Assembly: GCF_035084215.1 (NCBI RefSeq)
Contig: NC_090361.1
Location: 1,922,001-1,986,000, forward strand
Origin: Heptranchias perlo
Taxonomy: Eukaryota
Direction: 5' to 3'
Length of the DNA stretch: 64,000 nucleotides
The position numbers were made by a program, and so were the translations under genes. The notes beneath the pieces are model-generated. The model was not told the origin of the DNA. It worked only from the letters and a program-made list of their open reading frames with translations, and ran no database searches. Positions 37,253 to 48,779 of this stretch are shown one piece after another; positions within the stretch are counted from its first letter, which is position 1; each line of letters opens with the position of its first letter.

Positions 37253-38680
37253 CTGAGGAAAATACAGTTAAGGAAATCATTGCATACAAGTCAATCCCAA
37301 CAAATAACATTCCATTTTCTACCACTTGTATAGAGTTTAACTGAAGAAATAAGAAAGCACTATAGGGAAACACAGAAAATCCACTAATGTTTTGTTTTAA
37401 GAGAAGATGTATCTAAGTTTTTTTTTTAAAAAGGGAACCAGTTGAGTTGATATTGCAGAGAAAGATAGTACATATTTGGACCATAACTCTTCACAAAGAG
37501 GTCTCAAATTTGAGCATGTCAGAAGAGAAATGAAATATGGCCCAACCGGGTATCTATTTAAAAAAAACTTCATAAACAATTTTTTTGAATTAAATTTTCT
37601 GGTGTAGCGGCCACTGTCAGTTTCTGCAACATCCAAGAACTCAAATTATCCAATTATCTTGAAAATTCTGGTCTAATCCAGGATTGCCACGATGTTTTCA
37701 GCCTGCCCATCCCACTGGTAATCTTGCCAATGTTACGCAGTTCAAACTGTTCTTGGATACATTTGATGATTCTTTTCTCATTGTCGTGGACTCTTGCTTT
37801 TGACAGGATTGGACACTATGCGCTTCATCATATACTCTCTCACCGAACCTATATTCATGGCTAAAATTGCTTTAACTGTGCTGAAGTTGATGACTCATCT
37901 GTTTTTCCACCAATTCTGGGGTGGCCGACTGTTCTTTCTCCATATTAGTGCCCTCCTCCACTCATCTGATCCTATCCACTCTGATAATTCCACTCTACAT
38001 TCATCAACTTCCTTTAGATTACACACCTTCAGTGCAAAGAAGCTTCATTCCTTTTGCAGAGTAATATCCGAATCACAACGTCTCTATTTCCATAGAGATT
38101 GATTGAGCAATGAAAATTGTCAGTTCTTCAAAAAGGTCCATACATCTCAAGTTCAACTAATCACCCTTAGTTAGAACCAAAGAAGTTTGCAGCATAGAAG
38201 GCAGCCATTCGGCCCATTGATTCTGTGCCAGCTCTTTGCTAGTTTTCTTCATTGACATTCTTGGCCTCAATTCAAATGAAATTCCCACATCTGCTTTATT
38301 GCTAAAGCTGCCTCAGAGAAGCTCAGTTTCCCCTTTCATGCCAAACACTTCTTTTCCCTCAACAACTTACAAGGGAAGAAGTGTGGGTTTGGGGGGAGGA
38401 AAACACAGTTGAGTATACTTTTGTTTCTCTTCACTGCACTCTTATTTTATTGAAATCAAGACTCATACTATCATCATCTCCTATTGTAACTCATTTTTCC
38501 CCCTGGACTTAATAAAATGGAACTTTTCGCAGTCTTTATTGTCCTGAAAGCTTTTATAACCTTGCCACTACTTCTTGATTATGCCCCCCTTTATTATTTG
38601 CAATTGGTGGGCTCTGCACTTGGCCTTCACTTACTTTTCTCAATATAAAATAGTCTTTGTTGTCACAAATGAAAGGATAC
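37253..38680 (-). other. U12-type GT-AG intron of SPC24
   Basis: 5'ss GTATCCTTT (38680-38672); branch point TTCCTTAAC (37275-37267) close to the 3' AG. Confidence 0.9.
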
Positions 38681-38757
38681 CGCCTTTTATAAGAGAAGGG
38701 TCACAGTCATAGTCCCAAATGATCTTAGTGACCTTGTGGAAGATATGAGCCAAGTAC
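38681..38757 (-). CDS. SPC24: SPC24 coding exon 4
   Basis: [25 protein letters not shown]; 77 bp. Confidence 0.92.
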
Positions 38758-39448
38758 CTACATAAATCACATTTAAACATAAGCACTCTACATAAAACAA
38801 AATGATCTGCTGTCAACCAACAGAAAGACCTTTTAAGTTGAGACAATGGGTCATTTTTGTGGCACGTAGTATGCCATGCCGCACCACACAGTGAAATAGC
38901 AGGAAATGGATCATCTCAGTAATAGCTGTTCATGGAGCTAGGTGGGAGAAATGTGTTTTTTCCCCCTCTCCAAAATTTCTTAATATGGAAAAATGAAGGT
39001 AATCATGAATCAACCTGCTTACATACAATTCTAGTGGCTGGTGCAGGATGACCATTGGCAGAGGTCTGGGAGTAGGTTGCTATTGCATCTGCTGAGAATC
39101 AGGAGCTGGTTTTAAGTGCACCAGTTAGTTAATAACTGTACATATTATTCCTGCCAACTAGTTTATGTATTTTGTACCCCCACCACCACAGTAGATAGAC
39201 CTGGGAGCAAGGTCTTTGCCACGCAGGCTGCTCAGAGGGCCTCAAATGAAACGGATTATCCTTCCTTGTTGTGGAGAAGCAGCTGCCTCATCTCCCTCCT
39301 CATGTTGCTCAAACATCCTGACAGAGTTCAAGAATTTTACTTTCTACCACTCCATGACACAGTAAAAGCACAAAGATGCAGTGTAACTAGACAAGAATAT
39401 TTTAAGTAAACCTTGCTGCTGTTGCTTTAAATACTTTTTAAAACTTAC

Positions 39449-39553
39449 TTAGTAGAAGGAATAACCACTGTTGTATCTTCATCCACCTCTTCTTCCATTT
39501 TGGCTATTTCCTTTTCAGTCTTCTCAAGCTCCCCTAGCTCTTTCTGTAACAAT
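39449..39553 (-). CDS. SPC24: SPC24 coding exon 3
   Basis: LLQKELGELEKTEKEIAKMEEEVDEDTTVVIPST; 105 bp; preceded by an AC acceptor, donor AA|GTAAGT. Confidence 0.88.
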
Positions 39554-40578
39554 GTGGCTTTTATACATTAAGGAAAGCAATAGTATATAATTGGTTTATT
39601 GTAACATTGCTCCTGCTTTGTATGAGCTGGATGCACTTAAAGATACAACTAAAAATTTTTTTTAAAAAGACTTGTTTTATCACATCAAAATCTCTAAAGC
39701 ACTTGAGTGAATTACTTTACTGTACTGACATGCACATAGGGGCTGCAACATCCAACAAACAGCAATAAGCTGAATGACCAAATAATCTGTTTGTTTGGTG
39801 GTATTTATCAAAATGTTGCACCCTCCGGTAGCTCATCAAGCAGTCACCTTCATATTGAAGCCTAAACATGGTTAGCAAGCTATTCATCAACATGTTATCA
39901 AGCTTCATTTGATCCCATCCTCACCCTATGTCCACACACATTTCCAGCAGGATCGTGTGGAGAGAGCAGAAGCAGAGATTTGGCCAATTTTTGCCTCACT
40001 TACCCAAAACCCACCAGCACCTCAGCTAGGATTAGCTACCTCAGCAGGAACTGCAGTTCAAACCAGAGATCTTCCTAGTTTTCATGGCTCAACCAGCCAT
40101 TGGTGAATAGTAATGGACTTACTAGTCCAACTCCAAAGATTTGGACTAGTAAGATGCAGTACCGAAGTCATTTAACTAAAGACAAGCAAAATGTTTGAGC
40201 GCCAACCAGTGGCAGAAAACACTTACCACACCATCCCGACTTGGAAACATATCACTGTCCCTTCATAGTCACTGGGTCAAAATCCTGGAACTCCCTACCT
40301 AACAGCACTGTGGGAGAACCTTCACCACACAGACTGCAGCAGTTCAAGGCGGCGGCTCACCACCACCTTCTCAAGGGCAATTAGGGATGGGCAATAAATG
40401 CTGACCTTGCCAGCGACACCCACATCCCATGAAGCCTATTGGAAGTTAATCTCTAGCATTGACAAGTTGAAAAAAAAAAGCAATTTGACTGCTTGTATTT
40501 GTTGTCTGACCTAGGCAAGGCACTAGGGTGTTTATTTATTTATTTTAAAACTTAACTCAATTCTGTAGTAAAGGATAT
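39554..40578 (-). other. U12-type AT-AC intron of SPC24
   Basis: 5'ss ATATCCTTT (40578-40570); branch-like TTTCCTTAAT (39576-39567); 3' CAC; splicing here preserves the frame. Confidence 0.88.
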
Positions 40579-40723
40579 TTGAGTTCCATTTCTTGCACAG
40601 CGTTCTGTTCCTGACTCTCTTTCCACTTTTCCTTAATCATCTGCAGCTCCAGAAAGCTTTTCTCTTTTTCTTCTTCCGACTCTATAACTTTCTGTGCCAT
40701 ATGCACCCGTGTCTGCTGCATCT
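40579..40723 (-). CDS. SPC24: SPC24 coding exon 2 (coiled coil)
   Basis: EMQQTRVHMAQKVIESEEEKEK...QEMELK; 145 bp; TTTCAG acceptor. Confidence 0.85.
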
Positions 40724-41059
40724 CTGAAATCACCAAAACCATAACTTAATTCTCAAACATCTTGGATCAGCCAGTCATTTCCAGAACTTTGCAATTTTTG
40801 CAACTCCAGTTTAAAAGCAGTGACTTCTATTTCAGCACAATTAAAGCTATGGTAATCGCTGGAAGGTAATTAACATTTTCAAGTAACGGTTGATATATAA
40901 AGTTAATGACACTTAAGGAAATCATAGAATCTTAAGAGTGGTTACAGCACAGGAGACCATTCGGCCTATCGAGCCAGTGCCGAAATAAAAGATTACTACA
41001 GTGCTGCGCTAAACACATGACTGAGTTTAGAATCTAGATTCCAAAGGATAATGGCCAAC

Positions 41060-42083
41060 GGGTGTTTGTGATTGGAAGGCCGTTTCCAGTGGGATTACTC
41101 AGGGCTCAGTACTAGGTCCCTTGCTTTTTGTGGTATATGTTAATGATTTGGACTTAAATGTAGGAAGCTTGATTAAGAAGTTTGATGATGATACAAAAAT
41201 CAGCCATGTGGTTGATAGTGAGGAGGAAAGCTGAAGACTGCAGGAAGCTATCAATGGACTGGTCAGGTGGGCAGAAAGGTGGCAAATGGATTCAATCCAG
41301 AGAAGTGCAAGGTCATGCATTTGGGGAGGGCAAACAAGGCAAGAGAATACACAATAAATGGGAGGATACTGAGGTGTAAAGGAACAGAGGGATCTTGGAG
41401 TGCATGTCCACAGATCCCTGAAGGTAGCAGGGCAGGTAGATAAAGTGGTTAAGAAGGCATACAGGATACTTTCCTTTATTAGCAAAGCTACTGAATATAA
41501 GAGCATGGAGGTTATGCTTGAACTGTATAAAACACGAGTTAGGCCACAGCTAGAGCACTGCGTACAGTTCTGGTCACATTACAGGAAAGATGTGATTGCA
41601 CTAGAGAGGGTACAGAGGAGATTTACAAGGATGCTGGAGAACTTTAGCTACAAGGAAAGATTGGATAGGCTGGGGTTGTTTTCTTTGGAACAGAAGAGGC
41701 TGAGAGGAGATTTAATTGAGGTGTATAAAATTATGCAGGGCCTAGATAAAGTGGATAGGGAGGACCTATTTCCCTTAGCTGAGGAGTCAGTGACCAGGGG
41801 GCATAGATTTAAAGTAATTGGTAGAAGGATTAGAGGGGAGCTAAAGAAAATTTTTTGCACCCAGAGGGTGGTGTGGGTCTGGAACTCACTGCCTGAAAGG
41901 GTGGTAGAGGCAGAAACCCTCATTGCATTTAAAAAGGTGCTTGGATGAACACCTAAAAGTGCTGTAATCTGCAAGGCTACAGACCAAGAGCTAGAAAGTG
42001 GGATCAGGCTAGGTAGCTCTTTTTCAGCCGGCACAGACACGATGGGTTGAAAGGCCTCCTTCTATGCCGTAAATTTCTATGAT
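41060..42083 (+). mobile_element. CR1 LINE 3' part in SPC24 intron (antisense to gene)
   Basis: QGSVLGP, RPQLEHCVQFWS, RLRGDLIEVYK; frameshifted. Confidence 0.92.
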
Positions 42084-42334
42084 CCAAATTGTCAACACTA
42101 GCAAACGTAGACAAATCAGGTCAATACAAATACACCAAGGGGATGGGAATAATGCAATTCATTAGGAGATTCTGCTCTGTATGTAATGTCCTCCCAAGAT
42201 AAGCATCTCTGCTGCTATTGTCAACCTTTAGAGTATCCAGTCTCAGTATGTGGATTTTTTTTAAACCCATGTCAAGTTTACAAATGTGAGATTTCAGCTC
42301 ATTTATTTGAAAATTCAGAATTTTTTTGCCTTAC

Positions 42335-42497
42335 CATTAATCAGCTGCTTCACACATTTTTCCATATCCAGGTAGGCATTCACAATCTTTGCCTTATTCA
42401 TCATGGCATTCTGCAGCAGTACCTCTCCATGACAGCCAGAAAGAATAACCACCATTTCATCTGCTAGCGCCTTAAGTTCCTGGATCTGCACCTCCAT
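42335..42497 (-). CDS. SPC24: SPC24 coding exon 1
   Basis: MEVQIQELKALADEMVVILSG...KQLIN; donor G|GTAAGG; acceptor 16 nt upstream of the ATG; spliced CDS is 597 nt = 198 aa. Confidence 0.8.
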
Positions 42498-42631
42498 CTT
42501 TATGAAGAACAACCTAAGACAGAATTTATACATTTTAATTTCTTGTTCTGATGTTCAGCAACAAGATTGGGAGAGAAGTTTACACTTGTTTCATTTTTTT
42601 ATTTTACCAACCGTAAGTTTTATATTCCCCC

Positions 42632-43822
42632 ACGGGGGTGAGCCCACAGGGAATTTGGGGGGGGGGGGGGTGAGCCCACAGGGATTTTGGGTTGTGGGGG
42701 GGGGGGGGGGGGGTGAGCCCACAGGGATTTTGGGTTGTGGGGGGGGGGGGTGAGCCCACAGGGATTTTGGGTTGTGGGGGGGGGGGGGGGGGTGAGCCCA
42801 CAGGGATTTTGGGTTGTGGGGGGGTGAGCCCACAGGGATTTTGGGTTGGGGGGGGGGGGGGTGAGCCCACAGGGATTTTGGGTTGTGGGGGGGGGGGGGG
42901 TGAGCCCACAGGGATTTTGGGTTGTGGGGGGGGGGGGGGGGGGTGAGCCCACATGGATTTTGGGTTGGGGGGGGGGGGGGTGAGCCCACATGGATTTTGG
43001 GTTGGGGGGGGGGGGGGGGGTGAGCCCACATGGATTTTGGGTGGGGGGGGGGGGGGGTGAGCCCACAGGGATTTTGGGTTGGGGGGGGGGGGGGGGGGGG
43101 TGAGCCCACAGGGATTTTGGGTTTGGGGGGGGGGGGGGGGGTGAGCCCACAGGGATTTTGGGTTGGTGGGGGGGGGGGGGGGGTGAGCCCACAGGGATTT
43201 TGGGTTGGGGGGGGGGGGGTGAGCCCACATGGATTTTGGGTTGGGGGGGGGGTGAGCCCACAGGGATTTTGGGTTGGGGGGGGGGGTGAGCCCACAGGGA
43301 TTTTGGGTTGGGGGGGGGGGGGGGGGGGTGAGCCCACAGGGATTTTGGGTTGGGGGGGGGGGGGGGGTGAGCCCACAGGGATTTTGGGTTGGGGGGGGGG
43401 AGGGGAGGTGAGCCCACAGGGATTTTGGGTTGTGGGGGGGGGGGGGGGGGGTGAGCCCACAGGGATTTTGGGCTGTGGGGGGGGGGGGGGGGGGTGAGCC
43501 CACAGGGATTTTGGGCTGTGGGGGGGGGGGGGGGGTGAGCACACAGGGATTTTGGGCTGTGGGGGGGGGGGGGGGGTGAGCACACAGGGATTTTGGGCTG
43601 CGGGGGGGGGGGGGGGGTGAGCACACAGGGATTTTGGGCTGCGGGGGGGGGGGGGGGTGAGCACACAGGGATTTTGGGCTGCGGGGGGGGGGGGGGGTGA
43701 GCACACAGGGATTTTGGGCTGCGGGGGGGGGGGGGGGGTGAGCACACAGGGATTTTGGGCTGCGGGGGGGGGGGGGGGGGGTGAGCACACAGGGATATTT
43801 GGGGGGGGGGGGGGTGAGCCCA
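42632..43822. repeat. G-rich minisatellite, ~30 units, in SPC24 first intron
   Basis: Core TGAGC(C/A)CACA(G/T)GGATTTTGGG(T/C)TG followed by variable-length poly-G runs. Confidence 0.97.
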
Positions 43823-43860
43823 TCCTTGCAACCAAACTCCGACTCGCCGCTTCCCTCACC

Positions 43861-44190
43861 GTCCCGCCCCCGGTTCTCGGTCGGACGCCGCTCTCTGTCC
43901 CGCCCCCGGTTCTCGGTCGGACGCCGCTCTCTGACCTGTCCCGCCCCCGGTTCTCGGTCGGACGCCGCTCTCTGTCCTGTCCCGCCCCCGGTTCTCGGTC
44001 GGACGCCGCTCTCTGTCCTGTCCCGCCCCCGGTTCTCGGTCGGACGCCGCTCTCTGTCCTGTCCCGCCCCCGGTTCTCGGTCGGACGCCCCTCTCCCGCT
44101 CTCTGTCCCGCCCCCGGTTCTCGGTCGGACGCCGCTCTCTGACCTGTCCCGCCCCCGGTTCTCGGTCGGACGCCCCTCTCCCGCTCTCTG
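43861..44190. repeat. CpG-rich 36-44-bp tandem repeat, 8 copies, in putative SPC24 non-coding exon 1
   Basis: GTCCCGCCCCCGGTTCTCGGTCGGACGCCGCTCTCT at 43861, 43897, 43938, 43979, 44020, 44061, 44105, 44146; minus-strand donor ACG|GTGAGG at 43859. Confidence 0.95.
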
Positions 44191-44224
44191 TCTCTGTCTC
44201 GCGCGCCGACCGTTGGATTTATAA

Positions 44225-44295
44225 AACAAAATTCAAATCCTTCCAATGCCGCGCGCCCAACTGTCTTTTTGTAGGACCCCGCTGGCTTGACGTGT
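44225..44295 (-). promoter_or_regulatory. Putative SPC24 cell-cycle promoter (CHR, CCAAT, E2F/CDE-like)
   Basis: TTTGAA (44237-44232), CCAAT box 44243-44247 and GGGCGCGCGG within a CpG island. Confidence 0.55.
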
Positions 44296-44672
44296 GAACT
44301 GCCGGTTTGGGAGTCAAATCAGATTTCTTTTTGTCAGATGTTACATTTACAATGTCTTATTCCAATGTAAGTAATTATTGATCGATTCGTAATCTTTATG
44401 TTACAACGGAGGGAGAAAATCCTGTCTTCCGGGCGTAAATATTGCATTGCATGCACCGTATTCTCCTGGCATCTAAATTGGACACCTATACAGGCTGTCC
44501 GACTCCGCTGTGAGGTAAATATGGCTGCGGCCGGGCGCTCGATTCTCTTTCATTATCCATCGAGTGCCTGACATCCGCCCTCAGACAGGGGTTAAATTAT
44601 TCCACTACACTATCTGGAGATTCATTCCACTTGTTGATCATTCTCTGTATGTCCTCATATCTGTCCTAAAAG

Positions 44673-44982
44673 TGGGGTTGCCAACTCTGGTTGGACCTAT
44701 TCCTGGAAGTTTGATCTCTCGTCCAGTCAAACACCCTTTTATCTTATCTTGAATATTTTTTATTGCTAATGAAACAAAAGTGTTCAAAGAAAAGGGAAAA
44801 AAAAACACTTTTTTAAAAGCCCCAATGATTTTTCTCCTAGGTTGCTCGCAGCTGTGACCAGGAGATTAATCTTTCACTCCTGGAGATTAATCTTTCACTC
44901 CTGGAGATTAATCTTTCACTCCTGGAGATTAATCTTTCACTCCTGGAGATTCCAGGACAATCCTGGAGGGTTGGTAACCCTG
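44673..44982. mobile_element. MITE (hAT-like) with internal 21-bp x4 tandem repeat
   Basis: TIR-like GGGTTGCCAACTCT / AGGGTTGGTAACCC; degenerate 8-bp flanks CCTAAAAG / TCCAAAAG; GGAGATTAATCTTTCACTCCT x4 at 44861-44951. Confidence 0.55.
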
Positions 44983-45339
44983 TCCAAAAGTACTTCTCTA
45001 GTATGAATCCCAGTTCTACTCCTGCAATTTAACTTAAAGCAGTATTTCGGTTAACTTTTTCTATACCCTTAACTATCTTATACCATTCTATAAAATCACT
45101 TCACAATCACCTTTCCAGGTGGAAAAGCCCAAGTTTTTCCAGTCTTTCCTCATAACTCCGACCCCCACTACCTCCCCAGATACTGGAATCAGCTTCCTGG
45201 CTCTTCACTGCACTGCCTCCAGCACTTGAATGCATATTCTGGCGATCAGAACTGGACACAGCATTCAAGCTGCGGTCTGACTATAACATTTGATCATTAC
45301 CTCCTCTTACTTTTATTCTACTGTTTTGGCTAGGTAGTT

Positions 45340-45570
45340 CATAGAATCATAGAAAATTTACGGCACGGAAGGAGGCCATTCAGCCCATCTTGTCCGCATT
45401 GGCTGAAAATAAGCCACCCAGCCTAATCCCACTTTCCAGCACTTGGTCCGTAGCCCTTTAGGTTACGGCACTTCAGGTACACGTCCAGGTACTTTTTAAA
45501 TGAGTTGAGGGTTTCTGCCTCTACCAGCCTTTCAGGCAGTGAGTTCCAGACCCCTATCACCCTCTGGATG
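45340..45570 (-). mobile_element. CR1 3' terminal fragment
   Basis: QRVIGVWNSLPERLVEAETLNSFKKYLD; ATAGAATC tail. Confidence 0.85.
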
Positions 45571-46590
45571 AACATCTTAAAATAAAAACAGAAAATGCTG
45601 AAACACACTCAGCAAATCAGGTAGCATCTGTGGCGAGAAAAACAGTTAATGTTTTAGTTTTTTTAAATTTTTTCGTTCATGGGATGTGGGCGTCGCTGGC
45701 GAGGCCGGCATTTATTGCCCATCCCTAATTGCCCCTTGAGAAGGTGGTGGTGGATGACCTTTCTTCGGAACTGGAAGAAGTTAGAGATTTAACAGTCCTC
45801 CTTGCTGGAGGACATCCACGGTGCTGGCTGTACTACTTAAGGTATGATGTGGAGGGTTTGAATGTAAGCCTAAACAGTAAGTTCTGGCAGACTATTCTAC
45901 CACAGAGAGCATCATAGCCGCACCTGATTTTATTCGCATCTGACATCCAAACTCATCCATTTTCCACATGAATCACTGAAGCAGGAACAGGAACTCTGGC
46001 TGATTTTTTTTGCCTTTCTCTAGCCCAGTGACACTGAAACCAATTTTAGCACCCTACTGCTCCCACAATATCCTATTGCAGGATATTGACCCTGCAACAA
46101 TGAAGGAACAGCAATACATGTCCAAGTCAGAATGGCGTATGACTTGGATGGGAACTTGGAGGCGAAGGTGTTCCCACAACATTGCTGCTCTTGTTCTTTT
46201 TGGTGGCAGAGGTCACAAGAGAAGGAGGTGCTGTTAAAGTAACCGTCTGGATTCAGTCCCTGCACCATCACTGGTCGTACCCATCCCACCAGCTTCGCTT
46301 GGGCTGATGTATTGTTTCTAGAAACACACGTACAATGTGCCAACTACAGTTATTAATGGAGCACATTTTAACCATCTTTCCCCAGGATGCCAGCTTTTTT
46401 GGGTGCCTGGGGGTCCTGCTGTGCCCCTGATTAAATGCTGGGTACGGCCTGAGTACTGGCATACCTCGGGATTGGAGGAGCGATGCAGAGCTAAGAACCT
46501 ACTTCCTATTGGTTGGAAGTAGGCAGCACTGCTATACCAGAGGATGGAATCGCTGCTGTTTGACTCATTCCAAGTTTTCTCATCTTCCAG

Positions 46591-46678
46591 CTGGGCAGCA
46601 TGTTGTTCCTTGAGTGTGATACAACATACTGTCAGATATGGCCCTATGAACAGATCCTCAGACTGCCTTTTGTAAATG
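46591..46678 (+). pseudogene. Possible beta-tubulin exon 3 remnant
   Basis: Follows TTTTCTCATCTTCCAG; GTC AGA TAT GGC CCT .. CAG ATC CTC AGA resembles VRSGPFGQIFR. Confidence 0.45.
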
Positions 46679-47866
46679 GCTGTTTGGAATGCAGAACATT
46701 TTGGGGATTAGGCAGCTAAAAGTGAATTGGGACAACTGCTCTTCCAGCCCAGAGGGACCAGAGACTTGCTGAATTAATGTAATTGAAGATTTGTTTCAGC
46801 TAAATGCACTGCTTGGTGTTACCATGTTATACAGGACAGGAGGATCACAGGTTTGAATGCCCTATCTGTTCTTAGCTGGCTGATTGCAGTCTCCCAGGGG
46901 GAAACAATTTAATTTTAGCAATTGCTGCTTCAGAAAAGATTACACTGTCAGAGACCTTGTTACTCTGAAACGCATCACTCAGGAAATTGTTAAACCATAG
47001 TTTCCTGATAGGCAGGATATATAAAGTTACTGTATTCAATACTGTCACAGGCTGAGTTTAATCTTGCTCTATCAATCTGCTTGGTAACTCAGTTTGATTT
47101 TTAAATGTCCTCAGTAAAGGCTGTCCCTCCATATGATGCTCCTGTTCCCCGAATTAAGAGGCTCGTCCATTCCGTGGGTTATTGATCTCTGCTAACTTCA
47201 ACTCTTCACAGGATATCTGGTTCATTACGGGATTGTCCTTCCTCTAACAGCCATGCACCTTTGGGCACATGGGATGCTCTTGTGCCAGAAATCCACTGAT
47301 TCTGTCCCATGGTTTACTCAAGAGTGTAAGAATGGTCTTCCCTCTCTAGATGACTCAGCTGCAAATGTTTGTTCTCAGGGTGTGGGCGATACTGGCAAAT
47401 GGGCATTTATTGCCCCTCGTTAGTTGCCCTTAAGGTGGTCATGGGCCTTCCCTTTGAATAACTGCAGTCCTTGTGCTGATGCTGCTCCCACTAGTGTGTT
47501 AGGTAGGGAATCCCAGGATTTTGACTCCATAGTGGTTGTCATGGTGACTGGCGGGCTCATATATGCTCCCAAACTGCAGCTGCTTAAAAAATCAAACAAG
47601 GTTGCCACACCTGACCTTGTCCCTACCCATTGTAGGTAAGATTCAGCTCCTGACAGTCAAGTAGTCCAACAGGTGTTGTTTAATCCACCTTTAAACAATG
47701 GCTGGGTAAGATACGAGGTAGCAGGGGGCTAGTGCCTCCAAGAGAGAAAAAATGAGGGTGGGATGGGGGTCTATCTGTGCACCTTGCATGCAACACAATG
47801 AACATGTGGCCACAGTGTTAGTCTGTCTGCTGTAACTTCATTAATAGCTGCTCTTCTGTTCTACAG

Positions 47867-48345
47867 ATCAGAGTGAAGCTGGAAACAATTGGCAAAAGGA
47901 GCTTACACAGAAGGAGCGGAACTGGTCGACTTAATACTGGACATGGTGAGGAAGGAGGCAGAGAGCTGTGACTCTCTGCAGGGGCTCCAGCTCTCCCATT
48001 CCCTGGGTGGTGGCACAGGCCTCCTCATCAGCGAGATCAGAGAAGAATATCCAGACAGAATAATGAACAGCTTCAGTGTGATGCCCTCTCTCAAAGTATT
48101 TGACACTGTTGTAGGGTGGCATTGTATGGCTCTATCGGTCCACCAGCTTGTAGAGAACACAGATGAGACCTTCTGCATTGACAGTGAAGCTCTAGGACAT
48201 CTGTTTGCGTACCTTAAAGCTGACAACCCTAACTTGTGGTGACTTCAGCCATCTGTCTCACAATGAGCGGTGTGACCTGTCTCCAATTCTCTGGTCAGCT
48301 GAATGCTGCCGTTAGCAAACTGGCTGTTTAACACGGTAAACCTCC
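47867..48345 (+). pseudogene. Beta-tubulin pseudogene, exon 4 remnant (TUBB4A-like position)
   Basis: Acceptor CTACAG| then [60 protein letters not shown]; several frameshifts; SGMGT deleted from the GGGTGSGMG motif; 3' truncated. Confidence 0.9.
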
Positions 48346-48779
48346 CTACTTTTCACATCATTAACCGTATCCTGTAAAACTTCAAATGTGCATAATATTG
48401 TCTAGGGAGGGTGTTAATTACAGGTCAATGTTGCATTCTGAAGCCCAGTAACAAACCACCGTTAAATTGCTCTTTAAATTTGGAACCTGGCTGTCCACAG
48501 AGCTGGTTTTTTACTATTTCATTTGGGTTCTATAGATTGATGGCAGACTTGTAGCAGGCACTACAAAGGTGTTTTATATTGGGAGACCTGTGCTATTGTT
48601 GCCTTGCTCCTAAAATGGACAGCACTTGCCTAAGCATAGCTTGCCAACCTGGCAACTTTAGTACAATATAAAAGTACCTAAATCTATGTACTTGGGATGT
48701 GGGCAACCCGAGTGCATTTGAGTGAACTCTGGTGTGGGACTAGTGAAACATGGGCCTAATGAGCTAGGGGCAGTAAGAT

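Noticed and set aside
37600-38100. Coding-like sequence inside the last SPC24 intron
   Set aside because: Only short broken frames with no recognisable family; possibly an old transposon remnant but unsupported
39544-39545. Canonical AG acceptor for SPC24 exon 3
   Set aside because: Out of phase with exon 2, whose donor is AT-type; the AC 10 nt upstream restores the frame
42632-43822. Repeat-spacer array resembling CRISPR
   Set aside because: The apparent spacers are only G homopolymers
42591-44246. 400-550 aa proline-rich or glycine-rich ORFs
   Set aside because: Translations of poly-C/G minisatellites in several frames at once; the region is SPC24 intron 1 and 5'UTR
45875-46240. Possible beta-tubulin exon 2 remnants (FWQTI, DIDPA)
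   Set aside because: Better explained as reverse-strand SINE and LINE 3' end sequence seen elsewhere in the window
47889-48242. Functional 117-aa tubulin CDS
   Set aside because: Frameshifts at both ends, deleted GTP-binding motif residues and truncation indicate a pseudogene
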